NCBI GenBank assembly: GCA_031412295.1
Contig: JANOCU010000008.1
Location: forward strand, 100,921-164,920
Direction: 5' to 3'
Length of the DNA stretch: 64,000 nt
DNA from: Bacteroidota bacterium
GTDB lineage: Bacteria > Bacteroidota > Bacteroidia > Palsa-965
Notes under the pieces: model-generated
What the model saw: only the letters and a program-made list of their open reading frames with translations
Databases searched by the model: none
Told to the model about the DNA's origin: nothing
Program-made: the position numbers and the translations under genes
Shown here: positions 43,734 to 52,507 of the stretch, one piece after another
How positions within the stretch are numbered: the first letter of the stretch is position 1
Layout: each line of letters begins with the position of its first letter

Positions 43734-45626
43734 TTATTCTTTCACCAATCGTGCTACCGATTTTCCTTTTGCAGTATACATGTTTACAAAATAAACACCG
43801 TTTGCAAATACGGATACATCAATTGTAGTTGTTGTGCCGGAAAATGTTTTACTGAAAATTATTTTACCCGAGAGATCCATCAGTTCAATTGTTCCGCTTT
43901 CTGCACCATTTGTTTTGACATAAACAAGATCATGTGCCGGACTTGGATAGAGCTGAAAAGTAGTTTCCTGCGCCGAGTAAATTCCTGTAGAAAGAATAAG
44001 AAAACAATCACTTGTATCTGTACAACCGTTCATCGTTACCGATACAGCGTACGTTCCATTGCTGATTGCCATATAGGATTGATTCGTTGCACCCGGAATT
44101 ATCGCAAAACCATTTGAACAATCGAGCCACTGATATGTTGCGCCTGCAAGATTTGATGTGAGCGTTTCATTCACAACTGAAACAGATGTGTCAGGCTGAT
44201 CAACAGCGATTGAAGTAGTGATCGAACTGTCGCAACCATTTACAGTGGAAAGTGCGCTCGTATAAACAACTGGTGAAGTGATATTGTTTTGCGTTGAACC
44301 GTCAGCGAATGTAAAGCTGTTGCCGCTGCAAACCGTGTACGAATCATTCATCGCATACGTGGAGTTTACATTTACAGTTGTTGTCACTGTGCTGTCGCAT
44401 CCTGCTGCATTCGAAATCGTGCTTGTGTAAATTACCTGCGATGTAATTCCCATTAACATCGAGCCGTCAGGAAAAGTATGATTGCCTCCCGGACAAACTG
44501 CAACTGTTTCACCTGCTGAAGTAGGTTGTAAAACACCAACGTGCGTGATCACCAAACTGTCGCAGCCTCCTGTTGTTTGTAATGTGCTGGTGTAATCTAC
44601 TGAAGAAACAATATTTGTTTGTGTGCTTCCATCAGCAAAAGTAAAACCGCTTCCGCTGCACACAAACGCTGTGTCATTCCTCGAAAGAGGCGCATTCACC
44701 GTTACAGTTGTGCTTACCATTGTATCACAAACAGGTCCGGTTACCAAACTGTTTTGTACAAACGGCGCAGTGATATTTGTTTGTGTTGATCCATCAGGAA
44801 ATGTAAGATCACCACCGCTGCAAATGTTCATGCTTTGCGAGCGGTTGAATGTTGTAAACGGATTTCCTGATGTTGTAACTGTTGCGCCGGAAGTGATCCA
44901 GTTGGATGTTGACGCAGTAAGTGTAAAGTTTGTCAGCGTGCCGTTGAATGCGTTTCCGGAAATATCATTCAATGTAATTGTGCCCGTATTATTTCCGCCA
45001 GCAATTCCCTGGTTGAAATTATAATTTGCAACAAGGTTCGGCTGAACTCCTGTAATGCTGGTGTTCATGTTCGATTGGACCTGGCAATCGGTGCGGTGTT
45101 CGCTCCACACACGTGCTTCATCAAGCGCACCATTAAAATATTGCGCGCCGCCCGGACGTGAACCGAGTGTCATCAGTCCGTTCGTGCCGGTTGATGAAGA
45201 ACCACCTGCAACAGCCGCCTGCAGCACACCATTAAAAAGCACTTGAGGTGTAAGCGTGCTTGCATTCCACCGCGCTGCAACATGCGTCCACTGATTTTGC
45301 GGAATGCCTGCAGTCGTTGCAATGCTGTAGGTAGTACCGTTAGCAATCACATAAAAATAAATGACATTGCCTGTGCTGGTTGATACAGTCGCAAAATTGG
45401 TAGTGGAAGGTTGCGCAAAGAAAATGCGCGTAAAAGCATTCCCACGCGGATTCACCCATGCTTCAAACGTAAAGCTGTTTGTTGCAAGGTTGGAAAAAAG
45501 TGTTGGAATGGTGTTAGAAACTACCATGTCATTCGTCCCGTCAAAATCCAGCGCATTGCCGGCGAATTGAGCGAAAACAGGGGAGAAGCTGAGAAGTGAA
45601 AAAGCAAGAAGTAAACGTTTGATCAT
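43734..45626 (-). CDS. Secreted LamG/concanavalin-A-like lectin domain protein with Cys-bounded repeats and T9SS C-terminal sorting domain
   Basis: A signal peptide is followed by an N-terminal LamG-type region (ALDFDGTNDMV...FTFEAWV...GALDEARVW). There are four ~47-aa modules of the form C.G..FTF.DGS.Q.NI....Y.S.....GCDS. The C-terminus is LYPSPAHDLVYV...NGVYFVNMYTAKGKSVARLVK. Confidence 0.7.
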   Translation of the reverse strand: MIKRLLLAFSLLSFSPVFAQFAGNALDFDGTNDMVVSNTIPTLFSNLATNSFTFEAWVNPRGNAFTRIFFAQPSTTNFATVSTSTGNVIYFYVIANGTTYSIATTAGIPQNQWTHVAARWNASTLTPQVLFNGVLQAAVAGGSSSTGTNGLMTLGSRPGGAQYFNGALDEARVWSEHRTDCQVQSNMNTSITGVQPNLVANYNFNQGIAGGNNTGTITLNDISGNAFNGTLTNFTLTASTSNWITSGATVTTSGNPFTTFNRSQSMNICSGGDLTFPDGSTQTNITAPFVQNSLVTGPVCDTMVSTTVTVNAPLSRNDTAFVCSGSGFTFADGSTQTNIVSSVDYTSTLQTTGGCDSLVITHVGVLQPTSAGETVAVCPGGNHTFPDGSMLMGITSQVIYTSTISNAAGCDSTVTTTVNVNSTYAMNDSYTVCSGNSFTFADGSTQNNITSPVVYTSALSTVNGCDSSITTSIAVDQPDTSVSVVNETLTSNLAGATYQWLDCSNGFAIIPGATNQSYMAISNGTYAVSVTMNGCTDTSDCFLILSTGIYSAQETTFQLYPSPAHDLVYVKTNGAESGTIELMDLSGKIIFSKTFSGTTTTIDVSVFANGVYFVNMYTAKGKSVARLVKE

Positions 45627-45655
45627 CAGGGGAGTTTTTTATGAATCGCGAAGAT

Positions 45656-45821
45656 AATTCAAAATTCAAGATTCAAGATTCAAAATTGGACATTCTCCCG
45701 ATAGCTATCGGTTTCAACATTCAAAATACTCTTGAATTTAAAGTCATAGCCTAAAACTCAAAACTCAAAACTCGAAACCGAAACTCGAAACTCTGAACTA
45801 AAAACTCCGAACTAAAAACTA
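45656..45821. repeat. Composite intergenic element: attcaaa heptamers, hairpin ccgatagctatcgg, then ctcaaaa to ctccgaa heptamers running into a stop codon
   Basis: The left part reads aattcaaaattcaagattcaagattcaaaatt and the palindrome lies at 45698-45711. The right part reads ctaaaactcaaaactcaaaactcgaaaccgaaactcgaaactctgaactaaaaactccgaactaaaaacta. Confidence 0.9.
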
Positions 45822-46271
45822 CCCTTCACATAAATCCTTCAAATCATTCAAAGCCTTCGGCCACATTTCTTCCATCATCTTTTTATATTCTTCAGATGTT
45901 TGCATTTCAATTTTTACTTCGGTCTTGTCGCCTTTGTCAACGAATGTGTAATTCTCCAATGCAGGAGTCCACTTTTTTACTTCTTCGCTTGTGGTATCTA
46001 CTACGCCGTTCTTTATCATTCCCAGGTGTTCGATCGAAATAAATTCATGCGGCACATTTTCTTTGATGCGGGCGTACATGCCTTCTTTGTTTCCTTTATC
46101 ATCCGTAGGTCCGTAAAAATGAATTTCACTTCCCTTTTCCCAGCTGCCTTCGTAATACGAACCTTCATGAAATGCTTTTGTCCACTGACGATACGTTTCG
46201 TCGTTCAGCATTGTATTCCATACTTTTTGTTTGTCCGCGTTGATCTCGATTGAAAAGTTTAATGTTTCCAT
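45819..46271 (-). CDS. SRPBCC / AHSA1 (START-like) domain protein
   Basis: 150 aa. The sequence METLNFSIEINADKQKVWNTMLNDETYRQWT fits the pattern of Aha1-like SRPBCC proteins. Confidence 0.65.
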   Translation of the reverse strand: METLNFSIEINADKQKVWNTMLNDETYRQWTKAFHEGSYYEGSWEKGSEIHFYGPTDDKGNKEGMYARIKENVPHEFISIEHLGMIKNGVVDTTSEEVKKWTPALENYTFVDKGDKTEVKIEMQTSEEYKKMMEEMWPKALNDLKDLCEG

Positions 46272-46330
46272 GGTTAAAATAATTTAAATTTTTAAAATTC
46301 TAAGTTCGTTGCAATTCAAAGATCTCTTAT

Positions 46331-46412
46331 CGTAATTCCGGTAATCCGTAATTGGTAATCCGGTAATTGGTAATCCGGTAATTGGTAATCTGTAATCCGG
46401 TAATCTGTAATC
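46331..46412. repeat. ggtaatc-type 7-8-nt tandem array
   Basis: Sequence cgtaattccggtaatccgtaattggtaatccggtaattggtaatccggtaattggtaatctgtaatccggtaatctgtaatc. Confidence 0.9.
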
Positions 46413-46420
46413 TTTTCCCC

Positions 46421-46885
46421 TTATTGTTTAAACATTTCATCAAAACGCTTTTGCATTTCTTCGAAGCTTACATCTTCTTTGTGCGTTGTGAGGCTCCACT
46501 TATAACCAAACGGATCCATCACCTGCCCGATACGATCGCCATAAAATTCATCTTTAAGCGGCATAACAACTTTTCCACCCGCATCAATTGCTTTCTGAAA
46601 TGCTGCATCCACATCTTTCACATACAGCGCGAAGCCCATCGGATTGCCACCAATAGTTTCCGGGCTTTTATTTCCCCAATCCAGGTTTTCATCCGCCATC
46701 ATCAGCAACGAACCTTCAATTTCAATTTCTGCATGTCCGACTTTTCCATTCGGCATAGTGAGTATACCAACTTCTTTTGCGTCGAATGCTTCTTTGTACC
46801 ATTCGATTGCTTTTTTGCAATCTTTAAGCGTGATGTAAACGCCGAGTGAGTGGGAGCCGGGATAGATGTGTGATTTTGGTTTCAT
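46421..46885 (-). CDS. VOC family (glyoxalase/PhnB-like) protein
   Basis: 154 aa. The stretch AIEWYKEAFDAKE...GKVGHAEIEIEGSLLMMADE...DPFGYKWSL is typical of PhnB-like VOC proteins. Confidence 0.8.
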   Translation of the reverse strand: MKPKSHIYPGSHSLGVYITLKDCKKAIEWYKEAFDAKEVGILTMPNGKVGHAEIEIEGSLLMMADENLDWGNKSPETIGGNPMGFALYVKDVDAAFQKAIDAGGKVVMPLKDEFYGDRIGQVMDPFGYKWSLTTHKEDVSFEEMQKRFDEMFKQ

Positions 46886-46962
46886 GGGTAAGGATTTAGA
46901 TATGGTTTATGGATAAGAATTAAGAATTCAAAAAGTTATATGTGCAAATATACTACAGGTAA

Positions 46963-47448
46963 TTAGTTTTTTTTCGGGGAAGAAATTATTCCTCTGAAAA
47001 TAATTAATGCGAAAAATATATATTGTATTGTCCAAACCGGAAGGTTAACAAGACCTTCTGTTATAATGGTGCTGCGGGAAATGCTGTCAGCATAACTTTC
47101 CATTGCAAGTTTGTACTCAGGCGATCTGAAATTGCTAATAACTATTTCTAATACGAATTGAAGGACTTGTGTAAAAATATAGGACAATATAAAAAAGATA
47201 AAGCCTTTTTTCACGATCAATAAATCTTCAAAATTATATTTTATTATTTTTTTTGTAAATAAGAAAAACAAAAGAAGAGTAATTGCTAACGATCCATATT
47301 TAGAAGCTCCATAAATAAGAAATGGGTTGATTTGAAAATTCAAAAGTGCTCTTTCAAAACCTTCATAAAATATATATAAAGTGGCCTGGAAGGTTAGGCA
47401 GGCAAATATTCCGATTCCGATTAGACCGATGATTTGTTGTTTTTTCAT
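46963..47448 (-). CDS. Hypothetical polytopic membrane protein
   Basis: The preferred start is MKKQQIIGLIGIGIFACL (ATG at 47448). About 5 TM helices are predicted. No family recognised. Confidence 0.45.
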   Translation of the reverse strand: MKKQQIIGLIGIGIFACLTFQATLYIFYEGFERALLNFQINPFLIYGASKYGSLAITLLLFFLFTKKIIKYNFEDLLIVKKGFIFFILSYIFTQVLQFVLEIVISNFRSPEYKLAMESYADSISRSTIITEGLVNLPVWTIQYIFFALIIFRGIISSPKKN

Positions 47449-47470
47449 GATGGGGGTTGGGGGATGTTCT

Positions 47471-47950
47471 TTATTTATTTCTTGTTTCCTGTTCCTTCCA
47501 AAGCGACTCTTCATTAACATCAAACACATATTTATTAAGAACGCCTATGATTTCTTCAAAAGTATTTGTTTCATCAATTGCAAACTTTATTACATCTGCC
47601 TCTTCATATTGAGTTATAATATCATCGTCTTTGTCAACACAAACTTTTAAACTATTTTTTAGTTCCTCGAGTGAATAAGTTTCTTTAAAGATCCAAATGA
47701 TTTTTGCTTCGTGAGTTGGATTATAAAATGTTTTTGCAAGAACTTTAGTAAGCCAATTGTTTTTAAATTTTTCGAAAATTTTACGATAAGTCCACTTGTT
47801 TCCCATGCTGTCAAATAAAATTTCCTTTTCAAAACAAGTTGGATCAATCAAGGCAATTGTTGAAACCCAGGAAGATGAAAGTTCGTTTGGGATTAGGTCA
47901 AATCCTCCGTCAGTGGAAAGGGAAATTAATGGGAATGTTGGATTTGTCAT
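47471..47950 (-). CDS. Hypothetical protein
   Basis: 159-aa ORF with an acidic C-terminal half. No family recognised. Confidence 0.45.
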   Translation of the reverse strand: MTNPTFPLISLSTDGGFDLIPNELSSSWVSTIALIDPTCFEKEILFDSMGNKWTYRKIFEKFKNNWLTKVLAKTFYNPTHEAKIIWIFKETYSLEELKNSLKVCVDKDDDIITQYEEADVIKFAIDETNTFEEIIGVLNKYVFDVNEESLWKEQETRNK

Positions 47951-48010
47951 TAGAATTAAAGTCCTATCTAATTATCAGTTTTTATTTGCGAGTTATTAGC
48001 GAGTGTGATA

Positions 48011-49168
48011 TTAAATCATTTTTACTTTTTCAATAACCTCAATTCCTAAAACGTTTCTTACTTTAATCAGCACTTTTGGGAACTGGCCTTCTAACGCTAA
48101 AATTACTCTGCAATCAGGTTGTTGATTATTTACGATCTGTTCAGCTTCAATTAAATGTATATATTTTACACATTGAAAGAGCCCACGGAGAATGTCTGCA
48201 TTGTCGGAAATTTTTGATTTTACTTCAACGCCGATCTTAGTGTTGAGTGAGGTAAAAACTATATCTACTGTGTCCGCAGATGGTAAGCAATATTCTGTTT
48301 TACCAACACCAACCGTCACTGGCAGGCCAATTGATGCCGGATGTTTTGCAATGAAATTTTTAAACGCAAGGTGAAAAGGACTTTCACCTCCATTGCCTCT
48401 TATTCGTTTTGCTTCTTCAATTATGGGCCTGATATCTGTTTTTAAAGGTTCAAGATTTAATTGTTGAAGAACCCAATCCCACTGTTGAAAGGCATAAATA
48501 TTAGTTAAAACTCTGTTAACGGTTTGCTCCTTTTGGCTCCTGGACTGTTTTTTAAAATCTGCCATATTTATAAACCAAGCAATCCCTTCACCTGGCAATC
48601 TGGTGTTTTTATTTATTACCAAACATTGAATTTGTGGAATTTCTATTTTGGATTTTTTGCTGAGTTTTATTAATGCTTTTCCTATTGCACCAAGAACGTA
48701 ATTTAAATTTCTTGGATTAGGAATAGCAGTTTCTTCAGCAAGATCGGAATAGAAAATTGTTTGACCAGCCTTAGCTTGTCTGATCAAATAGGGTAATACG
48801 ATCCTTGCTCTTTGAAGGTATATCTTATTACCTGCTAAGTCAGAATTTGCAATTTGAGCTGTTTGGCGAATTTTGTTAGACGTAATCTTTATACTGCTAG
48901 TTGTGGCTAATAAATATTTAGCCCCGATGGCCCACCGAATTTCCCCATTTTTTTTATTTAATCCACCTTTTTTACTTTGTAATGCATTTCTTAAAGTACG
49001 GTGCCAATCCAACTCTTTATTGTTGGGTGTCACGGGTGCAAGATCGTCTTTCGTAAAGCTGTTAAAATTATCTTCAACGATTTTGTATAAAGAAGAAATA
49101 TGGAGCCACTCTTCTCGGGGCATATTTTCTACTAAAATTGCCCAAAGGGTATTAGATGCGGTTTTCAT
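48011..49168 (-). CDS. Three-domain protein: N-terminal winged-helix (Mrr_N-like), central MGMT/ATL-like wHTH-type module, C-terminal PD-(D/E)xK nuclease fold
   Basis: The C-terminus reads GGESPFHLAFKNFIAKHPASIGL...ADTVDIVF...IGVEVKSK...RGLFQCVKY, with a D...E-x-K arrangement. The middle reads GQTIFYSDLAEETAIPNPRNLNYVLGAIG...IPQIQCLVINKNTRLPGEG. The N-terminus has ...DWHRTLRNALQSKKG...GEIRW. All assignments come from motif recognition only. Confidence 0.5.
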   Translation of the reverse strand: MKTASNTLWAILVENMPREEWLHISSLYKIVEDNFNSFTKDDLAPVTPNNKELDWHRTLRNALQSKKGGLNKKNGEIRWAIGAKYLLATTSSIKITSNKIRQTAQIANSDLAGNKIYLQRARIVLPYLIRQAKAGQTIFYSDLAEETAIPNPRNLNYVLGAIGKALIKLSKKSKIEIPQIQCLVINKNTRLPGEGIAWFINMADFKKQSRSQKEQTVNRVLTNIYAFQQWDWVLQQLNLEPLKTDIRPIIEEAKRIRGNGGESPFHLAFKNFIAKHPASIGLPVTVGVGKTEYCLPSADTVDIVFTSLNTKIGVEVKSKISDNADILRGLFQCVKYIHLIEAEQIVNNQQPDCRVILALEGQFPKVLIKVRNVLGIEVIEKVKMI

Positions 49169-49184
49169 TACGAGATTCGTCTTT

Positions 49185-50069
49185 TTATGTTTTTACAAAA
49201 TGCTGAATATTTGTTGGGTTAGAGCCAATTGGCTTTAATTGTCCAATTGAAAGCCAAGTAATTTTATTTGAATTGATATCTTGAATTAAATTTTGAGAAA
49301 AAAGTAGAAGATTAGCTGTGTCAATTCTTCTGGTATTTTTTTCTAATATTTCTTTCAAAGTCTTTTCATCCCCTACTTTTAATGATGTGACTTTAAACCA
49401 TACCAGCTCTATAAAGTCCTTGTAATTGTCAATTATTGTATCAAGTTCAGATTTTGCTTCTTTGTCAATTAGGTATAAGTTTTTCAATAAATGTTCTACT
49501 ATTCCTAAAACGATATATAATTTTTTGTCGGAGGGTACAACCATATCATGAATAGAATCATTGCCTAAAAACCTTATGGAATGAAGTCGGTTGGATTCCT
49601 TTTCAGTGATCAATTTTTTCTTTAATAAGTTAGATATTTTTTGTTCTAAATTACCTCCTTTAATTCCTTCTTCGATGCAGATAGCTTCAATAATAGCTCT
49701 AAAGCCAACCCCTGCTAACAAAAAGCTTTTGGACTTAAAAGTTTCGATTGTTTCTAAATAAACAGTTCTGATTCTCTCGGGGATGTAGTAGTAGTTAGAA
49801 ATTAAATTGTGATCAAGTAAATAAGGAGGATGACATTTTATTGAATTGTATGAATATTCATTCCCTTCTTCATCGTAGTTTACCATTTCTTCATGAGAAT
49901 AAATTTCCCTGAACTGTATTGAAGAACAACCATTACATTCTATTATTTGGTATTCTGTACTCCAATGAAAATCTTCATCGCGAGATGAGGACTCTTCTTT
50001 AGTAAATAAAATTGAATGTTTGGTTTCGCGCCTACATGAGACGCAATAATTTAATAAATTGGATGTCAT
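49185..50069 (-). CDS. Zinc-ribbon + DUF4145 domain protein
   Basis: The N-terminus has CVSC...CNGC. The central region YLETIETFKSKSFLLAGVGFRAIIEAI...LHSIRFLGNDSIHD matches the DUF4145 pattern (R..GN...H) as I recall it. Confidence 0.6.
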   Translation of the reverse strand: MTSNLLNYCVSCRRETKHSILFTKEESSSRDEDFHWSTEYQIIECNGCSSIQFREIYSHEEMVNYDEEGNEYSYNSIKCHPPYLLDHNLISNYYYIPERIRTVYLETIETFKSKSFLLAGVGFRAIIEAICIEEGIKGGNLEQKISNLLKKKLITEKESNRLHSIRFLGNDSIHDMVVPSDKKLYIVLGIVEHLLKNLYLIDKEAKSELDTIIDNYKDFIELVWFKVTSLKVGDEKTLKEILEKNTRRIDTANLLLFSQNLIQDINSNKITWLSIGQLKPIGSNPTNIQHFVKT

Positions 50070-50169
50070 GATTGTTTTTTTGTTCTTAATTGTCCGATAT
50101 TGGGTTATCCAAATTCTTTGAAAATTACTCCTAAATATTAGACATTACACAAATTATCCGACAACAAAC

Positions 50170-50189
50170 GCTTGTAAACGTTTACAAGC
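50170..50189. promoter_or_regulatory. Perfect 20-bp palindrome in the divergent spacer between the DUF4145 operon and comM
   Basis: The sequence is gcttgtaaac|gtttacaagc. It lies 100 bp upstream of the 50069 start and 170 bp upstream of comM. Confidence 0.3.
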
Positions 50190-50360
50190 AATTAACTCCG
50201 TTTAACCTCCCCCAAACATTTCCTTTCCTCAAAAATTTCTCTTTCATTTGCCACCCAGAAAACACACATCACACAACTACATCATCCTATATTTTTCCCA
50301 TTAGCATCAATATCAAATTAGCAGTTTTTTAGTTCCACATCTTATTCATAAATCCAACAC

Positions 50361-51902
50361 ATGAGTTTAGTAAAAACCTACGGCTGCGCCGTATACGGAA
50401 TCTCCGCAACAACAGTAACCGTCGAAGTAAACATCGACACAGGAATCAACTTTCACATCGTCGGTCTTCCCGACAGCGCCGTCAAAGAATCACAACAACG
50501 CATCGACGCTGCATTAAAAAACAACGGCTTTAAAATTCCAGGAAAAAAGATCACCGTCAATCTTGCGCCGGCGGATATTCGCAAGGAAGGTTCTTCGTAT
50601 GATCTTCCGATTGCGATGGGAATTCTTTGCGCGTCGGGGCAATTGCTTGCGGATGATATTTCGGAATACGTGATCATGGGCGAACTTTCGCTTGATGGAA
50701 TTTTGCGGCCGGTGCGTGGTTCGTTGCCGATGGCGATTCATGCAAAAGCTTCCGGGTTTAAAGGATTAATTCTTCCTGCTGAAAATGCGAAGGAAGCTGC
50801 TGTCGTCGAAGGAATAAATATTTACAGCATGTCGCATATTTCTGATGTGATCAGCTTCTTCGAAGGGAATTCTGAAGCGCTGCCCGTGAAAATAGATCTC
50901 GAAGCAGAATTTTCGAAGCCTCCGAATTCATTCGACGTCGATTTCTCTGATGTGAAAGGCCAGGAAAATATTAAACGTGCATTGGAGATCGCTGCTTCGG
51001 GCGGACATAATATTCTCATGGTTGGTCCGCCCGGCGCCGGTAAAACGATGCTTGCAAAACGGCTTTCAGGAATTCTTCCGCCAATGACATTGGATGAAGC
51101 TTTGGAAACAACGAAGATTCATTCTGTCGCAGGAAAAACTTCGAAGAATGCAGGTCTTGTTACAACGCGCCCCTTCCGCGCGCCGCATCATACGATCTCT
51201 GATGTTGCTTTAGTAGGAGGTGGTTCCAATCCGCAACCCGGAGAAATTTCTCTCGCGCACAACGGCGTTTTATTTCTTGATGAATTGCCCGAATACAAAC
51301 GTTCTGTGCTCGAAGTAATGCGTCAGCCACTCGAAGATCGCATCGTCACCATTTCACGCGCGAAGTTCACTGTTGTTTATCCCGCAGGATTTATGCTCGT
51401 CACTTCGATGAATCCATGTCCGTGCGGCTATTACAACCATCCCGAAAAAGAATGCGTCTGTCCTCCCGGCGGCGTGCAGAAATATCTCAATCGTTTATCC
51501 GGACCGTTACTCGATCGCATCGACATTCACATCGAAGTAACACCGGTCGGATTCAGCGAGCTCACCGATCGCCGTCCCGCAGAATCCAGCGCAGTAGTAA
51601 GAGAACGCGTAGTAAAAGCGCGCTTGATCCAGCTCAAACGTTTCGAGGGCATGGAAGGAATTTATTCGAACGCACAAATGAACGCAAGCCTTCTAAGAGA
51701 CGTTTGCCGCATCGACGAAGCAGGACAACAATTATTAAAAACCGCGATGGAACGTTTGGGATTATCCGCAAGAGCCTACGACCGAATCCTGAAAGTAGCA
51801 AGAACCGTAGCAGACTTAGACGGATCGCAAGCCATAGAATCGCAACATTTAGCAGAAGCAATACAATACAGAAGTCTTGACAGGGAGAATTGGGCGGGCT
51901 GA
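50361..51902 (+). CDS. comM: YifB/ComM family Mg-chelatase-like AAA+ ATPase
   Basis: 513 aa with a Lon-protease-like N-domain, Walker [15 protein letters not shown], Walker [10 protein letters not shown] and a C-terminal ChlI-like region. Confidence 0.9.
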   Translation: MSLVKTYGCAVYGISATTVTVEVNIDTGINFHIVGLPDSAVKESQQRIDAALKNNGFKIPGKKITVNLAPADIRKEGSSYDLPIAMGILCASGQLLADDISEYVIMGELSLDGILRPVRGSLPMAIHAKASGFKGLILPAENAKEAAVVEGINIYSMSHISDVISFFEGNSEALPVKIDLEAEFSKPPNSFDVDFSDVKGQENIKRALEIAASGGHNILMVGPPGAGKTMLAKRLSGILPPMTLDEALETTKIHSVAGKTSKNAGLVTTRPFRAPHHTISDVALVGGGSNPQPGEISLAHNGVLFLDELPEYKRSVLEVMRQPLEDRIVTISRAKFTVVYPAGFMLVTSMNPCPCGYYNHPEKECVCPPGGVQKYLNRLSGPLLDRIDIHIEVTPVGFSELTDRRPAESSAVVRERVVKARLIQLKRFEGMEGIYSNAQMNASLLRDVCRIDEAGQQLLKTAMERLGLSARAYDRILKVARTVADLDGSQAIESQHLAEAIQYRSLDRENWAG

Positions 51903-51906
51903 TGGG

Positions 51907-52496
51907 ATCTGGTAATCTGGTAACTGGGTAATTGAATTGCGATTGAAAGAAAAAAATTGAAATAAAAAACTAAATGAATAAAATTATGACATCTGAAGAT
52001 TTGAAGAAACGAACCAAATTGTTTGCAATTAATGCTATTCATTTTTCTAAAACGTTGCCCAAAAATGATGAAGGGTTTATTGTGAAGAAGCAGCTTATTC
52101 GTTGTGCAACTTCTGTGGGTGCGAATTATAGGGCGGTTTGTCGTGCGCGTTCTACGGCAGACTTTATTTCAAAGCTTGCAATTGTAGAAGAAGAAGCCGA
52201 CGAAACATGTTTTTGGTTAGAAGTGCTCGAAGAAAGTGGAATGATAAGCAAAGAATCCGTAGCGAAGCTGTACGATGAATCAACACAATTAACCGCAATC
52301 TTCTCCGCCAGCCGAAAAACCAGCAGAATGAACAATGATAAATACAAATAGTTTTATTAGCACTAAGTGTAACCTTCCCGATTTATCGGGACCTCACTTA
52401 TAAATATTTTAAATACCCACTTTCAATATTTTAATTACCCACTTTCAATATTTTAATTACCCACTTATCAATTTCCCAGTTACCAGATTACCAGAT
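51907..52496. repeat. ORF-bearing copy of the ggtaactgggtaattg inverted-repeat element (28-bp IR, 27/28 match) enclosing the four-helix-bundle gene
   Basis: The left arm is atctggtaatctggtaactgggtaattg (51907-51934). The right arm is caatttcccagttaccagattaccagat (52469-52496). Inside lie the ORF 51974..52351, the hairpin tcccgat-tt-atcggga (52376-52391), and 22-bp direct repeats cccactttcaatattttaatta x2.5 (52416-52474). Confidence 0.9.
51974..52351 (+). CDS. Four-helix-bundle protein (23S rRNA intervening-sequence protein / Avd-like family)
   Basis: 125 aa. The stretch LIRCATSVGANYRAVCRARSTADFISKLAIVEEEADETCFWLEVL is the family hallmark as I recall it (TIGR02436-type). Confidence 0.85.
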   Translation: MNKIMTSEDLKKRTKLFAINAIHFSKTLPKNDEGFIVKKQLIRCATSVGANYRAVCRARSTADFISKLAIVEEEADETCFWLEVLEESGMISKESVAKLYDESTQLTAIFSASRKTSRMNNDKYK

Positions 52497-52507
52497 TACT
52501 AAATCAA

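Larger units (their letters stand above)
46886..50360. other. AT-rich accessory segment holding a four-gene minus-strand operon (candidate defence island)
   Basis: It is visibly AT-richer than its neighbours and lacks word arrays. The genes are tightly spaced (gaps 16, 60 and 22 bp). It sits between the VOC gene and comM. Confidence 0.4.

Noticed and set aside
51416-51880. 154-aa Arg/Ser-rich alternative-frame ORF and two minus-strand ORFs inside comM.
   Set aside because: They are embedded in a full-length, motif-complete ComM/YifB gene. Their composition is typical of an off-frame reading.
51974-52351. Diversity-generating retroelement around the Avd-like four-helix-bundle gene.
   Set aside because: The window has no reverse transcriptase ORF, no template/variable repeat pair with adenine-specific differences, and no target gene.
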